A stretch of 64,000 bases of DNA from the human T2T-CHM13v2.0 reference genome, Homo sapiens. A program made the translations under genes and the position numbers. The notes beneath the pieces were generated by a model. The model was not told where the DNA came from, did not search any database, and saw only the letters and a list, made by a program, of their open reading frames with translations. The stretch lies in the NCBI RefSeq assembly GCF_009914755.1, contig NC_060947.1. One strand, written 5' to 3'. How positions within the stretch are numbered: position 1 is the first letter of the stretch; every line of letters starts with the position of its first letter. Positions 55,101-64,000 of the stretch are shown here, one piece after another.

Positions 55101-58100
55101 AAACAAAAACAAACAAGAAACAACCAAAATCAGAGCTGAACTGAATAAAATTGAGATGCAGGAAACCATACAAAGAATCAACAAAACTAGAAGATGGTTC
55201 TTTGAAAGAATAAATAAGATTAATAGACTGCTAGCTAGACTAATAAAGAAAAAAAAAGGGAAAAAGATCCAAATAAACACAATCAGAAATGACAAAGGGG
55301 TCATTAACCACCAACCCCACAAAAATACAAAAAACCTTCAGAGACTATTATGAATACCTCCATGCACACAAACTAGAAAACCTAAAATAAATGGGTAAAT
55401 TATTGGAAACATGCAACCTCCCAAGATTAAGACAGGAAGAAATTGAAATCCTGAACAGACCAACAGGTTCTGAAATTGAATCAGTAATAATAATAATAAT
55501 AATAAAAAACCCCCTACCAACCAGGAAAAGCCCAGGACCAGATGGATTCACAGCCAAATTCAACCAGACATACAAAGAAGAGCTGGTACCATTCATACTG
55601 AAACTATTCTAAAAAATTGAAGAGAGAGACTCCTCCCTAACTCATTTTATGAGGTCAGCGACATTCTGATACCAAAACCTGGCAGACATACAACAACAAA
55701 AACCTTCAGACCAACAACTTTGATGAACCTAGACACAAAAATCCTCAATAAAACACTAGCCAACTGAGTTTAGCAGCACATCAAAAAGCTAATCCACCAC
55801 AATCAACTAAGCTTTATCCCTGGGATGCAAGGTTGGTTCAACATATGCAAATCAATAAATGTGATTGATTATATAAGCAGAAGGAAAAACAAAAATCACA
55901 TGATCATCTCAGTAGATGCAGAAAAGGCTTTTGATAAAATTCGGTGCTGCTTTATGTTAAAAACCTTTTAACAAACTAGACACTGAAGGAACATACCTCA
56001 AAATATTAAGAGCACCCTATGACAAATCCAAAGCCAAAATCCTACTAAACAAGCCAAAACTGGAAGCATTTCCCCTGAGAACTGGAACAAGAAAAGGATG
56101 CCCACTCTCACCATTCCTATTCAACATAGTACTGGAGGTCCTGGCCAAAACAACTGATCAAGAGAAAGAAATAAAAGGTATCCAAATAGGAAGAGAGGAA
56201 GTCCAACTATCTTTCTTCACGTACTTTATGATTTTATAACTAGAAAACCCCGTAGTCTCTGCCCAAAAGCTCCTGGATCTGATAAACAATTTCAGCAAAG
56301 TTTCAGGATACAAAATCAGTGTACAAAAATCACTAGCATTTCTATACCCCAACAACATCCAAGCTGAGTGCCAAATCAAGAATGCAATCCCATTCACAAT
56401 AGCCACAGAAAAAAAAATAAAATACCCAGGAATTCAGCTAACCCCAGGGAGGTGAAAAATCTCTACAAGAATTGAAAACATTACTGCAAGAAATCAGAGA
56501 TGACAGGAACAAATGGAAAAGCACTATATGCTCATGGATAGGAAGAATTAATATCGTTAAGATGACCATACTCCCCAAAGCAATTTACAGAATCAATGTT
56601 ATTCCTATCAAATTACCAATGACTTTATTTACAGAATTAGAAAAACTATTCTAAAATTCATATGGAACCAAAAAAAAAAAAAAAAAGAGAGAGAGAGAGA
56701 GCCCAAAGAGCCAAAGCAATCCTAAGCAAAAAGAACAAGGCTAGAAGCATCACATTATCCAACTTCAAACTATACTACAAGGTTACAATAACCAAAATGA
56801 TATAATAAAAAAAAAGACATGTAGACCAATGGAACAGAATAGAAAGCCCAGAAATAAAGCCATACATCTATAGCCATCTGAACTTTGACAAAGCTGACAA
56901 GGAAAAGCAATAATGAAAGAATTCCCTGTTCAATAAATGATAATAGAATAACTGGCTAGCCATATGCAAAAGATTGAAACTGGCCCCTTTCCTTATATCA
57001 TATATATAACCAACTCAAGATAGATTAAAGACTTAAATGTAAAACCTAAAACTATAAAAACCCTAGAAGAAAACCTAGGCAATACCATTCCGGACACAGG
57101 CTCCAGCAAAGATTTCATGACCAAGATGTGAAAAGCAAATCCACAGCCAACAACTTACTGAACAGGAACAAACGCAAAAATTGACAAATGGGAAATAATT
57201 AAACTAAACAGCTTCTGCACAGTAAAGCTATCAACAGAGTAAACAGACAACTTGCAGAATGGGAGAAAATATTTACAAACTATGCATCCGCAAAGGTCTA
57301 ATATCCAGCATCTATATGGAACTTACATTTACAATTTTAAAAAAACCATTAAAAAGTGGACAAAGGACATAAACAGACACTTTTCAGAAGACGACATACA
57401 CATGGCCAACAAGCATATGAAAAAATGCTGAATATCACTAATGATTAGATAAATGCAAATCAAAACCACAAAAAGATACCATCTCATACCGCTCAGAATG
57501 GCCATAATTAAAAAGTCAAAAAATAACAGATGCTGGAAAGGTTGTGGAGAAGAGGGAATGTGTAAACACAACTGGTGGGAATGTAAATTAGTTCAGGCTT
57601 TGTGGAAAGCAGTATGGTGACTTCTTCTAGAACTTAGAACTACCATTCAACCCAGCAATCCCATTACTGAACATATACCCAAAGGAATATAAATTGTTCA
57701 GTCATAAAGACATATGCATGTGTATGTTCATTGCAGCACTGTTCACAATAGGAAAGACATGGAATCAACCTAAATGTCTGTCAATGGCGGACTAAAGAAA
57801 ATGTGGCAAATATACATCATGGAATACTGTGCAGCCATAAAAAAGAATGAGATCATGTCCTTTGCAGGAACATGGATGGAGCTGGAGACTGTTATCCTAA
57901 GTGAACTAATGCAGGAACAGAAAATCAAATCTGCATGTTCTCACAAGTGTGAGCTAAGCATTGTGTCCACATGGACACAAAGAAGGAAACAATAGACACT
58001 GGGGACTCCTTGAGGGTGGAAGGTGGGAGGAGGGTGAACATCAAAAAACTGCCTATTAGGTACTATGCTTATTATCTGGGTGATGAAATAATCTGTGCAC

Positions 58101-58192
58101 CAAACGCTCACAACATGAAATTTACCTATATAACAAACCTGCACATGTATCCGTGAAACTAACATTAAAGTAAAAAAAAAAAAAAAAAAAAA
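52200..58192 (+). mobile_element. Long degraded LINE-1 (L1PA15/16-like)
   Basis: Partial 5'UTR, ORF1 remnant (~53070-54060), ORF2 from ~54115 (ATGATGACAAGATCAAAT; [21 protein letters not shown]), 3'UTR and A21 tail at 58172-58192. Many disablements. Confidence 0.93.
52603..52957 (+). mobile_element. THE1 (THE1A/B) MaLR solo LTR inside the L1 5' region
   Basis: TGATATGGTTTGGCTGTGTCCC...AATAAACCTCTTTC...GGACTAATACA with TSD CAAAC (52598-52602) / CATAC (52958-52962). Confidence 0.95.
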
Positions 58193-58621
58193 GAACAGCA
58201 ATTACTAAAAATGTTCATGTTCATAGCAAATAGGAACAAGTTTTTATGGATAAGTGGCAGTCCAAACATTCAAGAGCACAATCTTCATATTAAAATATTC
58301 ATGTTATCTAACCCATAATTGTACTTTACCTGAAGCTTGGATAGACCGGGCCAAGTCACAGCTAAATTGGCTAAATAGGCATCTTGGCAGGTGAGGGGAC
58401 CTTGGCATAAGCCAATAATGGCTCTCTCCACTCCCTGGTATAAAATATTTGTGATGATGCTTTCCAATCAAATGCTGGTGACTCTTGGGCATATAAGGAA
58501 AAATATTCTGTTGTAAGTTGATTTCAGGCAGAAAATGGTATATTCTTTCTTTTCTAGTCTCATACTTCTAGAAGTCATATCAAAATGTTGGTTAGAAATT
58601 GAAGATGTCCCATTAACCATT

Positions 58622-59243
58622 TGTAAACTAAATATGACTTTGAAGTCTTAAAGACCTGGGTCTAACCTCAACCTCTCAGGAAGTGTATAAACTTTTTCAC
58701 GATTTAAGTATCCTGAACTCCTTTTACTCGTGTATAGTTGTAATGTAAGGCTTACAAGGAAGGCTCAATATTATGTTCAGCCGTGATAGCTGGTAAAATT
58801 AGTGCTTTGTGTGCACTAATTACAAGTTTCCCTCCCTACTCTGCTCCTATGGATACAGTCCGGAGACAAACAACTCTCCTTATCACAGGAATCAGGCACG
58901 GTTTCTACATATCTTTGAGTAGTGGGTTACAGTTTCCTGACAGTTAATGGAATTGTCCAAACAAGCCAATTGCATCCTCCCATGGAAACCAGGGGGCACC
59001 CCATCCTATACTTGACACTACAAAGCTTCCTATAGCCCCTAGTTGTTCACTGTGTTCTGGAGTACAATCTTCATGTGGCCCTGCATGCCACGGTGTCCTC
59101 CTCCCCTGAGCTATGAGTATATGTAAGAAGCTGCTGTCACTCTCATGTGACTAGTATCAGGTGTTGTGAGTTCAGCCATCCCCACAACCCAAGGTTAGGA
59201 ACCCCTCCCTCACCATCGGAGTGAATAGAAGGCTATTAAAGCA
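58622..59243 (+). mobile_element. MER73/MER74-like ERVL LTR
   Basis: CAAACAAGCCAATTGCATCCTCCCATGGAAACCAGGGGGCACC...GTGGCCCTGCATG...GTTCAGCCATCCCCA. The 5' boundary is uncertain. Confidence 0.5.
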
Positions 59244-60144
59244 ATATCTCATAGGGCTATTGTCAGGAATAAATTGAATTAAGTGAAATACTTGGAGGTA
59301 AAGATCTGTGCAACTTCTCTCAAGGTATTTTGAAGTACTAAAGAGGAGAGAAAGAAGAGTTTCTGTCCTCAAGGCATTCAAAGCATAATGGAAGAGAGAC
59401 ATCACATAGCACAATAATCCTTGATTTACACTTAAGAGTGAAGGTGTAGAGGTAAACCCAGGGTTCTCAGTGAGCCAAAGGAAATTAGATGAATAAGGCA
59501 TAAATCCCTTAGCTCAGTTTCTGGCGCATAGTAAGGGCTTAATAAATAGTAGACTGAGTTGAATTTGAAGGACTAATAGTCATTACTAGATGAAAAAAGT
59601 ATTTTACAAAATGTGAAAGCCCCTAATTTATTTCTAGGGATTACTATTAATTCTTGGTTTTTCCAAGAATATATTTTCTAGGAGAAAATAATCAATTTAG
59701 ATGAACAGAATAATGTGGCTTCTTTATATTAAGCAGTTCCACAGTTTAAATGTTCATACCACTGTCGTGAAAATCCCCAAAGTATCCTATAGAAACACAC
59801 AGAATTCAACCTTTTTGGCAGCCCTGGCATGTTTGTTAGGCAATTAGGACCACAACTGACTTCACAGATTTTGTTCGCTTGCTCGCTTGTTTGTTTCACG
59901 TTTTGTTTCCTTTGGGTTTCTTTTAAAGGCTTCCCTTAGACATGCACCATTTTGTTAATAAGTAAAAAATACAAGCAGTGTCCAGAGTGCAGTGTGATAA
60001 ATATCACTTCTGTCTTGTGATGTCTCATCAAAGACGACCCATATGCAGTAGATTTTATAATAGCACTATCTTCTTGTGAACTTGGGTTTAATTGACAATT
60101 ACCTGCTACCTTTGGCTGTTTATTTCTGGTTATCAGATAAAAGG

Positions 60145-60490
60145 GCAGTATGGTGGAGTAGAAAGAGACCCATTCAGGTGTCACCAGATGGTCTTTTGTG
60201 TCAGTTCTGCCCTTAGCTAATTTTAGAAACTAGAGAATAGCTCTTAACCTGTGGGAGCTTCAGTTTTTTTCTTCTGTGAAATGAAGTATTGGGCTGAACT
60301 CAAAGATCCCTCATAACTCTAACAGGCTGTGAATGTGAGAGTCAGAGTTAGGGGTTTGGAGCCTGACAGATTTGGTTTAACATTTTGATTTGCCACTCAT
60401 TAGCTCAGGGATCTAGATAAACTCTCCTTGAGGGTTATTTTTCTCATCTTACACAAGTTTTATTACCTTTATTTTACTAAGAGTTGACTA
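60145..60490 (+). mobile_element. Two adjacent MIR fragments
   Basis: GGCAGTATGGTGGAGTAGAAAGAG...CTTCAGTTTTTTTCTTCTGTGAAATG; TTTGGAGCCTGACAGA...TGCCACTCATTAGCT. Confidence 0.55.
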
Positions 60491-60499
60491 ATATTTTTA

Positions 60500-61200
60500 A
60501 ACCAATTCATCAGTAATCTTGTTGTCTATACTTTCAAAATAATTCCAGAACCTGACCAAATCTTATTACCTTCAAGCCACCATCATCTCTTGCCTTGATT
60601 ATTCCAATAGCATCCTAATCAGCCTCTGTAGCTTCCATGTTGTCCTACCCACTCCAACAGTCTGTTTTCAATGTATCAGACAGAGTGATCCCTTTAAAAT
60701 ATATCAACTCATGCCGTTTTTCTGTTGAAAATTCCCCAGTGGTTTCCCAACTCACTCAGAGTGAAAGTTCAAACCCTTACCATGGCTGATGAGGTTCCAC
60801 ATGATGAGGGTTCCTGCTGCTTCCTCTCTTGTGACTCTCTCTCTAATTACTCCACTTTAGCAATACCTGCCTTCTTTATGTTTCCTAAATACTTTGCCTT
60901 CAGATATCCTATAGGGGCATTCCTTCATTGAAGGGAAGTCTTTTCAAATCTTACCTTATTAGAGGTGCCTTTTTTCTATTATCTTTAAAATAGCATTCCC
61001 CAACCTCCATCCCATTGCTCCCTATCTCCCACTCAATTTTATTTTACTTTACAGCATTTATCATCATTTTCTGCCTCCCTTTGACTCAAATGGAAGTTTC
61101 ATGAAAGCAGGAACTTCATTTCATTCACAGAGGTAGCCTCATCTCTTAGAATAGCACCTGGCACATAGCAGGCACTCAATAATTATTTGTTGATCAAATT
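60500..61200 (+). mobile_element. L2 3' region
   Basis: CAAGCCACCATCATCTCTTGCCTTGATTATTCCAATAGCATCCTAA...CACCTGGCACATAGCAGGCACTCAATAA. Confidence 0.85.
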
Positions 61201-61319
61201 AATAGGCTATATAAATCTTTGGGCACTCAGTAAATGCCACTTCTCAATGACCTTCTTAGAAACAAAATATTTGGCACCCTTTCATCCTGTTATTTGATTA
61301 AAATGCAATGCTGGACATA

Positions 61320-64000
61320 CCCTGGTTTTAGCTCTGACGTGTAAAGAGTTAGGAAGTTGTCACTCCCATCCTTACAAGAAGAAAAATATAGACAAAGTAA
61401 AAATCAACAACTTTTCCTGAACCCACTAGAGAGCCAAATTCTATAACCCGATGATTAACTCTCAGTGTTTAGTGGGTCTGTATCTCAGGGATGTAACATG
61501 CACAAGTATTTCTCCACTGTCACACCTTTCCTTTTTCCTTGTAGGACAAATTGTCACCCTGAAATCTGTATAGACAGGTGTATCAAAAGAGTCACAGCTG
61601 AGATATGCTAATTTGAAGCAGGAGTCTCTGGAGACAGAAACTGATAGGAACATTTAAATAGTAATTTGATGAATTGTTGGCACCTCAATGTAGTCTAACA
61701 TGAAAGTAAGAAACTCATGGGGTTTCAGTTATAGAGGGGCCCCACAATTTTGTAGGTTTTGCCTCCAGGAACCCACCAAATTCTTTTAGGGAGTATTAAA
61801 GAAAGATCCCCTTGTGGCAGAGAAATGGGAAGCATAATCATTGTGAAATTATCTCCAGAGCCTTTTCCATAAGAAAATGTTGCAGTCAGAAAGGTAGGAG
61901 GGGCCAAGGGAGAAAAGAAAGCTGTGCCACTGCAGAAATACTTGTGAAGGCTACGTCCCTGAGACATAGGCCCACTAAAACACTAAGAGTTAATCACCAG
62001 ATTATAGAATGCTCCCCTGCCACACACTTACCAGCACCCCAAGAGGGCTCTAGTATGATAGTGGATTATAGCTGAAAGAGCTGCAAGACACAAACTCTCT
62101 CTGAGCAGGAGAACTTTGGGAAACATAAAGTCAAGAGAGGAGACAAAAACAAAGACATTAGAAGATTTTGAAATCTCTGGCACCTGTAGCTATGGGAAAT
62201 TTTAAACACAGCCCAACTTCTAGTCATATTAACATGAATCCTCACATTAAAGGCCTATTTACCTCAATTCCTATTTTCCAATATAAACTATCTGATTTTC
62301 AACAACAAACAACAAGGGAAATACAGCTTAAAGAGACAAAGCAATCATCAGAACAAGACACAGATATGACACAGATGTTGGAATTGTCAGACAGAATTTA
62401 AAATAATTATGATGATGTGTCAAAGGCTCTAATGGAAAGAGTAGACAACATACAAGGACAGATGAGTAGTACAAGCAGAGAGATGGAAACCTTAAGAAAG
62501 AATCAAAAGGAAATGCTAGAAATTTTAAAAAGTAACAGCAATGAAGGATATCTTCAATGGACTCATCGGTAGATTTGACATGACAGAGGGAAGAGTCAGT
62601 GAGCTTGATGACAGGATCATAGAACCTTCTCAAACTGAAATGCAAGGAGAATAAAGCATGGGTGAAAAAAAGAAAAGAACATTTAACACACACATACCAG
62701 GAGAGTAGAGAGACAGTGAAGCAAAAGAACAATTTGAAGTAATAATGGCTAAGATCTTTCCAAAATTAATGACAGATACCAAACCACAGATCAAGGAAGC
62801 TCAGAGAATACCAGCAGGAAAAATCTCTGCCTCCACAGCCCACCATGAAGTCCTCACACCTTGGTATATCATATTGAAACACAGAAAACCAAACACAGAG
62901 AGAAAATCTTGAAAGAAGCCAAACAAGTGTGTGTATCAGGGGGGCACGGGGGTTGGGGGGTGAAGGGAAGAGAAAACATCTTACCTATAGAGGAATAAAG
63001 ATAAGAATGTTTATAGCAGCACAATTTGCAATTGCAAAAATATGGAACCAGCCTAAATAACCATCAACCAATGAATGGATAAAGAAAATGTGGTATATAT
63101 ATATACCATGGAATACTACATAGTCATAAAACAGAACAAAATAATGGCATTCGCAGCAACCCGGATGGAGTTGGAAACCACTATTCTAAGTGAAGTAACT
63201 TAGGAATGGAAAATCAAACATCATATGCTCTCACTTATAAGTGGGAACTAAGCTATGAAAGCACAAAGGCATAAGAATGATATAATGAACTTTGGAGACA
63301 TGAGGAGAAGTGTGGGAGGGGGAGTGAGGGATAAAAGTCCACACGTTGGGTACAGTGTACACTGCTTGGGTGATGAGTGCACTAAAATCTCAGAAATTAC
63401 CACTAAAGAACTTATCCATGTAACCAAAACCCACCGGTTCCCCCAAAACTATTCAAATAAAAAATAAAAAAGAACTACAGTGACTTTTTAATCAGAAACT
63501 GTGTTGTAAGAAGAGAGTGGAGTGAAATATTTAGCTTTGAAAGAAAAAACAACTCACCAATCTAGAATTCTATATCAAAAAAATTATCTTTCAAATGTGA
63601 AGAAGTAAAAACTTTCTTAAACAAAAACTAAGAGAATTCACTGCCAGCAAACTCACCCTACAAGAAATGTTAATAGAAGTTCTTCAGGCAGAAGAAAAAG
63701 TATATAGGTCAGAAACTTGAATCTACATAAAGAGAGCACTAGAGAATGAATAAATAAAGATATGATGAAGTACTTTGATTTTTAAATTTTTAATTGGTGT
63801 AAAATATTATTGTTTGTTTAAAGTAATAATAGTAAGAATGTATTGGGTTATTATGGCATGTGGATAAGTGAAGTGAAATCTGAAATAAAATTAATAATAG
63901 CAATGTTACAAAGAATGAGTGGGATGAATTTGGGATACTCTGTCATAAGGCATCTGTACTGTGCTTAAAGCAGTATAGTATTATTTGATGGTGAAATTAG
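61320..64000 (+). mobile_element. Old L1M (MC/MD-like) 5'UTR plus ORF1 remnant, running off the window
   Basis: 5'UTR-like start TTTAGCTCTGACGTGTAAAGAG; ORF1-like KETKQSSEQDTDMTQMLELSDR, CCACAGATCAAGGAAGCTCAGAGAATACC and CTAGAATTCTATATC. Confidence 0.8.
63008..63470 (+). mobile_element. L1PB-class 3' end inserted in the L1M ORF1
   Basis: GCAAAAATATGGAACCAGCC...GGGTACAGTGTACACTGCTTGGGTGATG...CCACTAAAGAACTTATCCATGTAACC plus an A-rich tail. The host reads ATAAGAA | CTACAG across it. Confidence 0.9.

Overview
This is primate genomic DNA, most likely human or another great ape, since it carries AluS, THE1, MER50/MER61 and an L1PA2-type element. It is AT-rich, CpG-poor and dominated by interspersed repeats. 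I recognise no host protein-coding exon, RNA gene or CRISPR array; the recognisable long ORFs in the track are LINE-1 ORF1/ORF2/ORF0 remnants and the rest look like chance ORFs. There are three large L1s. The first is an old, near full-length L1PA10-12-like element (minus, ~24994-32201) with a 270-bp tandem array in its 5'UTR and a nested L1PA7 3' end. The second is a full-length, TSD-flanked but disabled L1PA2-like element (minus, 42165-48201) that keeps its YY1 site, CpG-rich 5'UTR and an open, extended antisense ORF0. The third is a degraded L1PA15/16-like element (plus, ~52200-58192) with a THE1 solo LTR in its 5' region. Solo LTRs, hAT MITEs, L2, MIR, HAL1, two Alus and simple repeats fill most of the rest. 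I found no convincing new biological system. The best leads are a possible ORF0 splice fusion into a Kozak-led downstream ORF, templated and inverted insertions inside old L1s, the 270-bp 5'UTR array, multi-layer TE nests, and two unique segments that may be regulatory. Subfamily names come from recalled consensus sequences and need RepeatMasker/Dfam confirmation.
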